40,121 bases of DNA from an uncultured Alphaproteobacteria bacterium (GCA_902602135.1 CACKQA010000002.1:1-40121); one strand, 5' to 3'. Counted from the first letter of the stretch, positions 19,132 through 28,812 are shown. Notes: generated by a model not told the origin, from the letters alone. Program-made: numbers and translations.

Positions 19132-20019
19132 ATGAATAATAATGTAAAAGCTATTATTTTAGCTTTAGTTGCTTCTGTGTCAGGAGTAACAATGAATGTT
19201 CTTATAAAATTTTCGCTTCAAGATATAAATGTATTTACTGCTGGATTTTTAAGATTTCTTTTTGGCTTTATTTTAATTCTTCCTTTTATATTTTATAATA
19301 AATTCCAAAATTACAAGACACCAAATCTAAAAATTCATTTAACAAGAGGTATTTTAAATATACCAATGATGCTACTTGGATTTTCTGCACTTCAATTCAT
19401 ACCTTTAGAACAGATTAAAGCAATTTCCTTTGTTACTCCTATTATTGTAGTAGTTTTAAGTGTAATTTTCTTGAAAGAAAAAATTTATTTAATTCGTATT
19501 GGTGCTTTGCTTATTGGTCTAATTGGAGTCTTTGTTATTTTGAGACCAGGTATAGTGCCAATAAATGTGGGAGCTTATTTAGTTTTGTGCTCTTGTTCTA
19601 TCTGGTCAGTAGTTGTTATTATTACAAAATTTGCTGCAAGGGTTGATAGTGCTTTTACCATTTTATCTTATCAATATACTCTTGTTACCTTTTTATCTTT
19701 TCCTATTGCTTTATATTTTTGGCAATCACCATCATCAGAAACATTAATATATTTAGTCTTTGCAGGAATTGCAGGAACAATTGTTCACCTATGTATAAAT
19801 ACTGCTTATAAATTGACAGATTTATCTGTATTGCAACCAGTCAATTTTTCACGATTATTAATTGCATCTTTATTTGGGTTTTTAATCTTCGATGAAGTGC
19901 CTGATATTTGGACAATGATTGGTGGTTTAATTATATTCTCTTCAATTCTTATCATAACATATAGAGAAAATTATCTTAAAAAGGATATAGCAAAGCAATC
20001 AATACCAGTTAAACTTTAA
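19132..20019 (+). CDS. EamA/DMT-superfamily transporter (paralog 1)
   Basis: Ten-TM profile with two EamA-like halves. It starts 3 nt after the dmdA stop. Confidence 0.8.
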   Translation: MNNNVKAIILALVASVSGVTMNVLIKFSLQDINVFTAGFLRFLFGFILILPFIFYNKFQNYKTPNLKIHLTRGILNIPMMLLGFSALQFIPLEQIKAISFVTPIIVVVLSVIFLKEKIYLIRIGALLIGLIGVFVILRPGIVPINVGAYLVLCSCSIWSVVVIITKFAARVDSAFTILSYQYTLVTFLSFPIALYFWQSPSSETLIYLVFAGIAGTIVHLCINTAYKLTDLSVLQPVNFSRLLIASLFGFLIFDEVPDIWTMIGGLIIFSSILIITYRENYLKKDIAKQSIPVKL

Positions 20020-20025
20020 TTTCAT

Positions 20026-20904
20026 ATGAACAATAATGTCAGAGCAATTTTATTAACTATTTCTGGATCTTTTTTTGCTGTGCTAATGGAAGCTTTAGTT
20101 CGTGCAGCGCAATATGATTCAAATGTTTATACTATTGGCTTCTTGAGATTTTTTTTTGGTTTAGTGATTATTTTTCCCTATTTAATAAAAAATAATTTTA
20201 CTACTTATAAGACAAAGAATTTAAAATTCTACTTATTACGAGGCGCTTGCAATATCCCAGTGATGATTTTAGGTTTTGGTGCTTTAGTTTATGTACCTTT
20301 TGAGCAATTCAAAGCTATGCATTTCTTAAGTCCAATAATTGTAGTTTTACTAAGCTTTATAATTTTTAGAGAGAAAATTTATATGTTTCGTATTCTAGCA
20401 TTAATAGTTGGTTTTGTTGGAATGCTTATTATAGTAAGACCAGGATTTGTAGATTTTAATATTGGAACAATTATGATTCTTGTTTCATTAACTTTTTGGT
20501 CTTTCATAATTATTTTATCAAAATTTGTATCAAAAGATGATTCACCTATAACAATGGTTACATACCAATATACTTTAATGACTATATTTGCTTTACCATT
20601 AGCAATTTATTTTTGGCAAATGCCATCAATAAATTCAATAATTTATGTTTTTTGCGCTGCGATTTCAGGGACAATTTTGCATTTATCACTAAACTTAGCT
20701 TATAAATATGCAGATCTATCTGTTACCCAACCTATATGGTTTAGCGGCTTAATTTTTGGATCCGCATTTGGTTATTTTGCATTTAATGAAAATCCTGATT
20801 TTTGGACATGGATTGGCGGAATTGTCGTCTTTTCTTCTGTTTTATTAATAACTTATAAAGAAAAAGACTCAAAAAAAATGCCAGAAAATAGTAATATAAC
20901 TTAA
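20026..20904 (+). CDS. EamA/DMT-superfamily transporter (paralog 2)
   Basis: Colinear with 19132..20019 and no indels visible by eye (MNNNV[KR]AI.L, GFLRF.FG, YKT.NLK, LSV.QP, ITY[RK]E). Confidence 0.8.
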   Translation: MNNNVRAILLTISGSFFAVLMEALVRAAQYDSNVYTIGFLRFFFGLVIIFPYLIKNNFTTYKTKNLKFYLLRGACNIPVMILGFGALVYVPFEQFKAMHFLSPIIVVLLSFIIFREKIYMFRILALIVGFVGMLIIVRPGFVDFNIGTIMILVSLTFWSFIIILSKFVSKDDSPITMVTYQYTLMTIFALPLAIYFWQMPSINSIIYVFCAAISGTILHLSLNLAYKYADLSVTQPIWFSGLIFGSAFGYFAFNENPDFWTWIGGIVVFSSVLLITYKEKDSKKMPENSNIT

Positions 20905-20985
20905 CTTAATCATAAATATAATTTTGAGAAACTATTGAAATGCACACATTATTTTTGTAGAATTTTCATGTTATTGGGAGGTAAT

Positions 20986-22194
20986 ATGAAATTACTAGTA
21001 AAATTATTTTTAATTTCTTTAACTATTCTTCCATTCGCTAAAACTACTTCTGCAGAAGAATTAATTATTTGGAGTAGAGGTGGATGGTCAGACTGGATGG
21101 TTGAAGGGTTTAATAAAAAAATGGCTGACGAAGGAAAAGATATCGTAGCTATTAACAACCTAATTGGTCATGCTGACTTTCAGGTTAAATTTACAGCTGC
21201 ACTTGCCGCAGGTGAAAGAGTTGATGTTGCAAACATCGACTTAATTAACGTTCCTTATTATGCTGCAATAGGTGCACTAGAAGATATGACTGACTTTTTA
21301 AAGTCACAACCATATTATGATCAATTAAATGGTCCAATGCTTGCTTTAGGATCGTATGATGGAACACACTTTGCTGCACCAAATGCTGCCGATGTGTCTG
21401 GTTATGTTTATAATAAAAAACTTATGCCAAACCCACCAAAAGATTGGGCAGAGATGACAAGTATGTGTGAAGACTTTGCTGCTAGAGGACAACTAATGAT
21501 GGCTTGGCCTTCAAAAAGTTATGGTGGTATGATCTTTACAGGTATGCCAGTTGCTTGGGCAAATGGTGGTTCATGGGTAAGTAAAGATGGTAAAACAGCT
21601 GAGTTAAATCATCCAAAAACAGTTGAATGGTTTAAGCATTACCAAAATTTAATTAACATTGGTTGTGTGCCAGAAAACGTTGATGTTTGGGATTGGCCAG
21701 ATAAACAAGATGGCTTCCTAGCAGGTGATATCGCAATGATTGGTACAGGAAACTTCATGATTAATGTTGTTAAAGATCACACAGAAAAAGTAGATGCTGG
21801 ATTTACAGCATTTATGAGTAGTGACGGTTCAAGTAATTCAGCATTTATCGGAGGTGACTTAATTGCAATCCCAGTTACTACTGGTGCTAAAGAAGCAGCT
21901 CTAGAATACATTGAATATGTGTTATCTGAAGCAGGTCAAATCGAGGTATATACTAAAAATGGTGGTATACCAATTCGAGCAGATCTATTTGAAGGTAATC
22001 CATACCTAACTGATGATCACATGGTATTTGCAAATGCATCTACTGTTGGAGATGTTCCTTATACAACTGTTTATCAGGAGTTAATGGATCCATGGCAAGT
22101 AGCAAATCAACGAATTTTTGCTGGTGAAGATGTGCAGACAGTTCTTGACGAACAAAATGCAATCATGCAAAAAATCATTGATGCTGGTCATTAA
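20986..22194 (+). CDS. CUT1-family sugar ABC transporter periplasmic substrate-binding protein
   Basis: Signal peptide MKLLVKLFLISLTILPFAKTTSA followed by a mature domain with an SBP_bac_1-like pattern. GGAGG lies 6 nt upstream of ATG 20986. The track start at 20935 adds a non-signal extension. Confidence 0.85.
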   Translation: MKLLVKLFLISLTILPFAKTTSAEELIIWSRGGWSDWMVEGFNKKMADEGKDIVAINNLIGHADFQVKFTAALAAGERVDVANIDLINVPYYAAIGALEDMTDFLKSQPYYDQLNGPMLALGSYDGTHFAAPNAADVSGYVYNKKLMPNPPKDWAEMTSMCEDFAARGQLMMAWPSKSYGGMIFTGMPVAWANGGSWVSKDGKTAELNHPKTVEWFKHYQNLINIGCVPENVDVWDWPDKQDGFLAGDIAMIGTGNFMINVVKDHTEKVDAGFTAFMSSDGSSNSAFIGGDLIAIPVTTGAKEAALEYIEYVLSEAGQIEVYTKNGGIPIRADLFEGNPYLTDDHMVFANASTVGDVPYTTVYQELMDPWQVANQRIFAGEDVQTVLDEQNAIMQKIIDAGH

Positions 22195-22220
22195 TAGATA
22201 AAACATTGTAGGCGAAACTT

Positions 22221-23099
22221 ATGAGTAGATTACGAAAAGAACAACTCGTTGGTCTTTTAATGGTTTCGCCTGCATTAATTTTACTTGCAGTTTTCTTTCT
22301 TTATCCTCTTGTAAATTCTTTTTATATGTCATTTCACAAATGGCCACTTTTTGGAAAACCTAAGTGGGTAGGTCTTGATAATTATATTTTTATGTTCCAG
22401 GATGAACGTTTCTGGGAATCTTTGAAATTTACTTTTGTTTACACTTTAACTGTTACACCAATGTTGTTTGTAGTCGCTATTGGAACTGCACTATTATGTA
22501 ACGCAAAAGCTTGGGGAACAACTTTTTTTAGAAGTATCTATTTTTTACCTGTAGTTATGTCTTTTGCCACAGCTAGTTATGTCTGGTTATGGCTTTACAG
22601 TGAAATGTACGGAGTAATAGTTTATGCATTAGAATTTTTTGGTTTTGGTGGAGAAAATAAAAATCTTAATGTTTGGAAAACAGGAACATCTTCAATGTGG
22701 GCTGTAAATGCTATGGTTACATGGAAGTTTTCTGGTATCCAAATGATTATTTTGATAGCTGGATTACAAGCTATAAGAGATGATTATTATGAAGCATCTA
22801 AATTAATGGGGGCTTCACGATGGCAAACAATTTGGAATGTAACACTTCCTCTTTTACGACCTTCAATTGCCCTTGCTTTAATTTTATCCATAGCAGGTTC
22901 AATTCAAGCATATGAACAATTTGTAATTATGACAAGAGGTGGTCCTTCAAACTCTACTAAAACACTTGTTATGCATACTGTTGATATGGGATTTGATTAT
23001 TTCAAATTAGGTCCAGCTGCATCTCTTGGTGTAATTATAATGATAATACTTTTTGTACTTACTGTAATTCAATTACGTTTATTTAGAAAGAATTACTAA
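22221..23099 (+). CDS. Sugar ABC transporter permease, MalF/UgpA type (TMD1)
   Basis: N-terminal LLMVSPALILLAVFFLYPL, then GLDNYIFMFQDERFWESLKFT, and the EAA loop YYEASKLMGASRWQTIWNVTLPLL. Confidence 0.88.
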   Translation: MSRLRKEQLVGLLMVSPALILLAVFFLYPLVNSFYMSFHKWPLFGKPKWVGLDNYIFMFQDERFWESLKFTFVYTLTVTPMLFVVAIGTALLCNAKAWGTTFFRSIYFLPVVMSFATASYVWLWLYSEMYGVIVYALEFFGFGGENKNLNVWKTGTSSMWAVNAMVTWKFSGIQMIILIAGLQAIRDDYYEASKLMGASRWQTIWNVTLPLLRPSIALALILSIAGSIQAYEQFVIMTRGGPSNSTKTLVMHTVDMGFDYFKLGPAASLGVIIMIILFVLTVIQLRLFRKNY

Positions 23100-24026
23100 G
23101 TGAGACGTTACTCATCGGATTGGTACTGGTATTATGCAATTAATTATACTTTAGTTATAATAATTATTTTTCCAATTTATTGGACACTTATTTCTTCATT
23201 TAAAAAACCTAGTGAGCTAATTACTAGTGAGCCTACTTTTTATCCTCATGATTTAACTTTGCAGTATTATGATCAAATTTGGAATTTTGATAGACTCAAA
23301 AGACTTCAAGATACTGAATCAGAAGACTCAGAGTCATCTGGTGTTGAAATTGAGAGCAAATTTAGACTTGATGGTGAAGGAGTCAAAAGACCTTTTATGA
23401 ATAGTGCAATAGTTTCAGCTGGAACAATTATACTAACTATTATCGTTTGTACATTAGGGGGATATGCACTAACCGTTTTAAATACTCCTTTAAAAAATTT
23501 TTTTTTCTTATTAGTAATATTACCAATTTTAATACCAGGTATTTCTCTAATAATACCGCTCTATAAATTATTAAAAGACCTTGGGCTTACTAATACTCAT
23601 TTAGGTTTAATCTTGATACATACTTGTGGAATGTTGCCTTTAGGAATCTTTATGATGAGAAATGCATTTAACAGCATTCCTTCCTCATTAAGAGAGGTAG
23701 CAATGCTTGAAGGATCAAGTGAATTAAAAATTATTACTTCTGTTATGCTACCGTTAGCAATTCCCGGTCTTTTAACAGTGATGGTTTTTGCAATGTATGT
23801 TTCCTGGAATGATTACATATATGCTTTTATATTTATAAATTCACCAGAAAATACAATGTTAAATATTTCATTAATGAAAATTGCATTAGGTGGATCTCAA
23901 TTTGAAATGAAATGGGGAAGTCTAACAGCGGGCTCAATTGTTAGTTTTCTTCCAATAATAATTTTTTATACTTTTCTTCAGCAATATTTTGTTAGAGGAG
24001 TTACAGGAAGCGCAGTAAAAGAATAG
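23100..24026 (+). CDS. Sugar ABC transporter permease, MalG/UgpE type (TMD2 copy 1, 308 aa)
   Basis: GTG start abuts the upstream stop. EAA loop SLREVAMLEGSSELKIITSVMLPLAIPG. It carries an acidic 51-residue loop after TM1. Confidence 0.88.
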   Translation: MRRYSSDWYWYYAINYTLVIIIIFPIYWTLISSFKKPSELITSEPTFYPHDLTLQYYDQIWNFDRLKRLQDTESEDSESSGVEIESKFRLDGEGVKRPFMNSAIVSAGTIILTIIVCTLGGYALTVLNTPLKNFFFLLVILPILIPGISLIIPLYKLLKDLGLTNTHLGLILIHTCGMLPLGIFMMRNAFNSIPSSLREVAMLEGSSELKIITSVMLPLAIPGLLTVMVFAMYVSWNDYIYAFIFINSPENTMLNISLMKIALGGSQFEMKWGSLTAGSIVSFLPIIIFYTFLQQYFVRGVTGSAVKE

Positions 24027-24034
24027 GGGGTTAT

Positions 24035-25090
24035 ATGTATTCTGTAGATTTAAAAAATGTAACAAAAAAATGGGGAGACGTAACTGCTGTAGATCAAGTA
24101 AATCTCCATATTAATGAAGGTGAATTCGTTGTACTTTTAGGTCCATCAGGATGTGGTAAAACAACTACGATGCGTCTTGTTGCTGGATTAGAAGATATAA
24201 CTGATGGTGAGATTAAAATTGGTGACGAAATTGTAAATGATGTTGACCCAAGAAAAAGAGATGTATCAATGGTATTTCAAAATTATAGTCTTTTCCCCCA
24301 CATGACTGTTAGAAATAATATTGCTTATCCTCTAAAAATGAAAAAAATTCCAAGTTCAGAACATGATAAACTTATTAAAGAAGTTTCTTCACTTGTTGAA
24401 TTGCAAGATTTATTACACCGTAAACCAGCCGAACTATCAGGTGGTCAAAGACAACGTGTTGCTTTAGCAAGAGCAATAGTGCGTCAACCACGTGTCTTTT
24501 TAATGGATGAACCTCTTTCAAATCTTGATGCTATATTAAGAGTTACAACGAGAGCAGAATTAAAAAATCTTCATCACCGACTTGGTGTAACGACAATATA
24601 TGTAACTCATGATCAAGTAGAAGCGATGACACTTGCAAATAGAATTGCTGTTATGAACCACGGTAAACTTTTGCAGTTTGATAAACCACAGGTAATATTC
24701 GATGATCCATCTTCTAAATTTGTTGCTGGCTTTATTGGCTCACCTGCAATGAATTTAATTGATGGTCGTGTAGAAAACAAAAAATTTATTTCTGATAGTC
24801 TAACAACATCTTTTGATATTGATTATGAAGGTGATATTACTCTTGGAGTTAGACCTGATAAAATTCAAATAGTCAGTGATACTGATACAAATAATGGATC
24901 TGCTAAAGTTTATTCTGTTGAATTAACGGGGGAGGCAAATCTTGTTACATTTAAATCAAATAATCAAAATCTAATTGTCAAAACAGATAAAAATACACAG
25001 TATGATATTGATTCTGTTTTAAAATTAAACTTCAATAAGGAAGACTGTTACTTTTTTGATATTAATAGTGAAGAAAGGTTAAGAATATGA
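24035..25090 (+). CDS. Sugar ABC transporter ATP-binding protein (MalK/UgpC/MsmX type)
   Basis: Walker A GPSGCGKTT, Q-loop VFQNYSLFPHMTV, signature LSGGQRQRVALARA, Walker B VFLMDEPLSNLD and H-loop YVTHDQ, plus a C-terminal regulatory (TOBE-like) domain. Confidence 0.92.
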   Translation: MYSVDLKNVTKKWGDVTAVDQVNLHINEGEFVVLLGPSGCGKTTTMRLVAGLEDITDGEIKIGDEIVNDVDPRKRDVSMVFQNYSLFPHMTVRNNIAYPLKMKKIPSSEHDKLIKEVSSLVELQDLLHRKPAELSGGQRQRVALARAIVRQPRVFLMDEPLSNLDAILRVTTRAELKNLHHRLGVTTIYVTHDQVEAMTLANRIAVMNHGKLLQFDKPQVIFDDPSSKFVAGFIGSPAMNLIDGRVENKKFISDSLTTSFDIDYEGDITLGVRPDKIQIVSDTDTNNGSAKVYSVELTGEANLVTFKSNNQNLIVKTDKNTQYDIDSVLKLNFNKEDCYFFDINSEERLRI

Positions 25091-27033
25091 ATATCATAGA
25101 TACAAAAATAAATGGCGGTTTTTGGAAAAAAAGAAAAGAATTAAATAAAAATACTTCATTATTTGCAGTTATGAAATCCTTTGAAGATACTGGAAGAATT
25201 AAAGCAATGACTGGTGATAATGATCCTGTGAAACAAAGACCACACATTTTTTGGGAATCAGATTTAGCTAAATTAATGGAAGGTGCTTTTTTCTCCATGC
25301 AACAAGAAAAAGATGAAGATTTAGAAAAAAAAATGGATTCTATAATTGATAAAATTATCGCTAACCAGGAAGAGGATGGATATTTAAATTATTTTTTTTC
25401 ACGACATGAACCAGATAATAAATTTACTAATTTAAGAGATAGGCATGAATTATATTGTGCTGGCCATTTGCTTGAGTCTGCAATTGAGCATCACAAAGCA
25501 ACAGGTAATTCTAAATTTTTTGATGCAATGGAAAGATATGTAGATCATATAATTACTAAATTTGGAAGAGAAGAGGGTAAGATGAGGGGCTACCCAGGTC
25601 ATCAAGAAATAGAACTTGCTCTCGTTAAGGCATACGAACACACAAATGATAAAAAATTTCTCGATTTAGCGACTTATTTTATCGATGAACGTGGTACCCA
25701 CGATAAACCCGAAGATCATTATTATGTAAAAGAAAAAAAGAAATTAATGGAAAAAGAGGGTGAAATTGATTTTTCATTGTTGCCATCAGCAATGAGAGAT
25801 TTTGCAGCTTTCGATCAAGATTTCATGGGTAAAACTTTTAGAGATCTCCATTATTGGCAGGCTCATGAAAGACCTGTTGATCAAAAAACAGCAGAAGGAC
25901 ATTCAGTAAGAGCACTTTATATGTTTACGGCTATGGCTGATTTAGCAAGATTAAATAACGATAGTAAATTGTTAAATGCATGTAAGACTCTATGGAGAAA
26001 CATCGTTGACAAGAGAATGTATGTTCATAGCGGAGTTGGTAGTGCACACATTGGAGAAAGATTTACATATGATTACGATTTACCCAATGACATGGCATAT
26101 GCTGAAACATGTGCAACTATAGCTCTTATTTATTTTGCTAACAGAATGTCAAAGTTGGAATTGAACAGTGAGTACGGTGATATTATTGAAAATAGTTTAT
26201 ATAATCTGCTTTTAGCAAGTACTTCTTTAGATGGTGAAGGCTTCTTTTATGATAATTATTTAGAGTGTGTTCCTGGATATCTACATTCACAGGGTAGACG
26301 TCATGGTGTTAGAGATAGATATCATATGTGTTCCTGCTGTCCACCAAATATAACTCGCCTGTTTGCAAGTATGGATATGTATATATATAATTTATATCAA
26401 GATTCATTAATTGTTGATCAATATATTTCTTCTGAAATTGATTTAATGAATAAGACTCAAGGTATAAAATTAAATCAAACTAGTGATTTTCCTCATAATG
26501 GATATTCTAAAATTGAAGTAATAGAATCAAAAAATAACGAAACTACAATTTATTTTAGAATTCCTTCATGGGATAAAAATATGAAGATTAAACTTAATGG
26601 ATCAGAAATTGATTATGAAGTTGAAAATGGTTATGCCAAAATTAACAAAAACTGGCAAAAAGGAGATGTAATTGATTTATCTTTTGATTTTTCACCAAGA
26701 TATGTTCGAACCAATCCAAATGTTAGATACAACGTAAGAAGAGCATGCTTATTTAGAGGTCCACTTCTTTATTGTTTAGAAGAAAAAGATAATGGCAAAG
26801 ATCTTAATAAATTAATTTTAAATACAAATAATAATTTTGATGAAAAAGATGAAAAAATAAGTTCAGAAAATATTATTTCTTTAACAGCAAATGGATTTAA
26901 ATTTAAAGATTCTAAAGATCTATATCTAAAGGATAAACCAGACATAACGGAAACATCGCTTAAATTTATTCCATATTATTGCTGGTCTAATAGAGGTGAA
27001 AATGAAATGTTAGTCTGGGTTAATGAAAATTAA
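25087..27033 (+). CDS. Glycoside hydrolase family 127 (DUF1680; beta-L-arabinofuranosidase family), cytoplasmic
   Basis: HELYCAGHLLES and GYPGHQEIELALVKAY are present, together with the zinc/catalytic Cys contexts YAETCATIAL and MCSCCPPNI known from HypBA1-type enzymes. No signal peptide. The start overlaps the ATPase stop (ATGA). Confidence 0.87.
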   Translation: MNIIDTKINGGFWKKRKELNKNTSLFAVMKSFEDTGRIKAMTGDNDPVKQRPHIFWESDLAKLMEGAFFSMQQEKDEDLEKKMDSIIDKIIANQEEDGYLNYFFSRHEPDNKFTNLRDRHELYCAGHLLESAIEHHKATGNSKFFDAMERYVDHIITKFGREEGKMRGYPGHQEIELALVKAYEHTNDKKFLDLATYFIDERGTHDKPEDHYYVKEKKKLMEKEGEIDFSLLPSAMRDFAAFDQDFMGKTFRDLHYWQAHERPVDQKTAEGHSVRALYMFTAMADLARLNNDSKLLNACKTLWRNIVDKRMYVHSGVGSAHIGERFTYDYDLPNDMAYAETCATIALIYFANRMSKLELNSEYGDIIENSLYNLLLASTSLDGEGFFYDNYLECVPGYLHSQGRRHGVRDRYHMCSCCPPNITRLFASMDMYIYNLYQDSLIVDQYISSEIDLMNKTQGIKLNQTSDFPHNGYSKIEVIESKNNETTIYFRIPSWDKNMKIKLNGSEIDYEVENGYAKINKNWQKGDVIDLSFDFSPRYVRTNPNVRYNVRRACLFRGPLLYCLEEKDNGKDLNKLILNTNNNFDEKDEKISSENIISLTANGFKFKDSKDLYLKDKPDITETSLKFIPYYCWSNRGENEMLVWVNEN

Positions 27034-27051
27034 TTTATTTTAATTACATTT

Positions 27052-27909
27052 ATGAAAAAATACAAATCAGATTGGTATTTATATTATCTTATAAATGTTA
27101 CTTTAATAATTATTGTTTCTTTTCCTATTTATTGGGCATTTGTTTCTTCAATAAAACCACCCAATGAACTAATAACAAGTACCCCAACATTCTTTCCAAT
27201 AAATCCAACATTTGAAAGTTATGAAAGAATTTGGAACTTAAAACCTACTAGCTCTATGGGTAATGTAAGATCTGCATTTACAAATAGTGCAATTGTATCA
27301 ATTGGAACTGTAGTACTGTCATCAATTGTTTCTACCTTAGCTGCATATGCTCTTACTATTTTAAGAACTCCATTTAGATATTTTATTTTTTTACTTATAA
27401 TTATGCCAATTTTAATACCTGGAATTTCACTCTTAATACCTCTTTATAAATTAGTAAAAGAGCTTGGACTGATGAACTCATATTTAGGCTTAATCCTAAT
27501 ACACTCCACAGGTATGCTGACATTAGGAGTTTTTTTAATGAGAAATGCTTTTATGAGTATACCAACATCTTTACGTGAAGTAGCTTTGTTAGAAGGTTCT
27601 AGTGAGCTACGTATTATGTTTACTGTGATGTTGCCATTAGCGATACCAGGTCTTTTAACACTCATGGTTTTTGCTCTTTATGGTTCATGGAATGATTTTA
27701 TTTTAGCTTTTCTCTTTGTAAATACTATTGATATGGAAATGTTAAATGTCTTCCTAATGAAATTAACATTCGCAGGATCTCAATTTGATACTTTTTGGGG
27801 GCTTTTAAATGCTGGAGCAATAATAAGTTTTGTACCAATTATAATTTTCTATATTTTTCTTCAACAATACTTTGTTAGAGGAGTGACTGGAAGTGCCGTA
27901 AAAGAATAA
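27052..27909 (+). CDS. Sugar ABC transporter permease, MalG/UgpE type (TMD2 copy 2, 285 aa)
   Basis: Colinear with 23100..24026 (SDWY.YY.IN, FPIYW, ELITS.PTF.P, SLREVALLEGSSEL, C-terminal YFVRGVTGSAVKE). Confidence 0.86.
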   Translation: MKKYKSDWYLYYLINVTLIIIVSFPIYWAFVSSIKPPNELITSTPTFFPINPTFESYERIWNLKPTSSMGNVRSAFTNSAIVSIGTVVLSSIVSTLAAYALTILRTPFRYFIFLLIIMPILIPGISLLIPLYKLVKELGLMNSYLGLILIHSTGMLTLGVFLMRNAFMSIPTSLREVALLEGSSELRIMFTVMLPLAIPGLLTLMVFALYGSWNDFILAFLFVNTIDMEMLNVFLMKLTFAGSQFDTFWGLLNAGAIISFVPIIIFYIFLQQYFVRGVTGSAVKE

Positions 27910-27910
27910 C

Positions 27911-28807
27911 ATGAAAAGGTATTCATCTGATTGGTATTGGTATTATGTTATTAACTATGCCTTGGTAGTTATAATATTATTCCCTATTTATTGGACTTTT
28001 ATTTCTTCTGTTAAGGTTCCGGATGAATTAATTACAAGTAACCCAACTTTCTATCCTCATAATTGGACATGGGAGTACTATGACACAACATGGAACTTCG
28101 ATGATGAAATGAGGACTAAGTTACAAAAAAAAATATCTGGAAGTACAACAATAACAGCAGGTATTGAAAGAGCCTTTTTTAATAGTGGAATAGTCACTAT
28201 AGGAACTATTGTTCTATCTTTAATTGTTTCAACACTAGCTGGTTATTCTTTAACTTTTTTTAGGATACCATTTAAAGAAGCAATTTTTATTGCATTAATT
28301 TTACCTATATTAATTCCTGCAGTTTCATTAATTATACCTATCTATAAATTATTAAAATCTCTTGGCTTAACGGATACTCATATTGGATTAATATTTTTAC
28401 ATGCAACAGGTATGTTACCTATTGGTGTTTTTATGATGAGAAATGCTTTCAGTAGTATTCCTTCATCATTAAGAGAAGTAGCTTTGTTAGAGGGAACTTC
28501 AGAACTAAGAATTATGACTACAATAATGATACCTCTTGCAGTACCAGGACTATTAACAGTAATGGTTTTTGCCTTATATATTTCTTGGAATGATTACATC
28601 TTAGCTTTCATTTATATAAATAGTCCTGAAAATATTATGCTAAATACTACACTTGCAAAAATAGCACTTGGAGGAGCTAAATTTGAAATGAAATGGGGAA
28701 ATCTAACAGCAGGTTCAATTATAAGTTTTATACCAATTATTATTATTTACTCAATTTTGCAAAGATACTTTATTAGAGGTATTACAGGAAGTGCCGTTAA
28801 AGAATAA
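27911..28807 (+). CDS. Sugar ABC transporter permease, MalG/UgpE type (TMD2 copy 3, 298 aa)
   Basis: This is the closest copy to 23100..24026 (MKRYSSDWYWYYVINY, SPENIMLN, KFEMKWGNLTAGSI, RGITGSAVKE). It starts 1 nt after the upstream stop. Confidence 0.86.
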   Translation: MKRYSSDWYWYYVINYALVVIILFPIYWTFISSVKVPDELITSNPTFYPHNWTWEYYDTTWNFDDEMRTKLQKKISGSTTITAGIERAFFNSGIVTIGTIVLSLIVSTLAGYSLTFFRIPFKEAIFIALILPILIPAVSLIIPIYKLLKSLGLTDTHIGLIFLHATGMLPIGVFMMRNAFSSIPSSLREVALLEGTSELRIMTTIMIPLAVPGLLTVMVFALYISWNDYILAFIYINSPENIMLNTTLAKIALGGAKFEMKWGNLTAGSIISFIPIIIIYSILQRYFIRGITGSAVKE

Positions 28808-28812
28808 AAGCA

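Noticed and set aside
20935-20985. Upstream in-frame ATG extensions of both binding-protein ORFs (20935, and likewise 37084..37107).
   Set aside because: The internal ATGs (20986 and 37108) are preceded by GGAGG at proper spacing. They yield textbook signal peptides, and the extensions would bury those signal peptides.
20905-20985. The left boundary of the carbohydrate island as a horizontally acquired genomic island.
   Set aside because: There is no tRNA, integrase, transposase, direct repeat or IS remnant at this boundary or anywhere in the window. The right boundary is outside the window. Atypical gene content alone does not demonstrate horizontal transfer.
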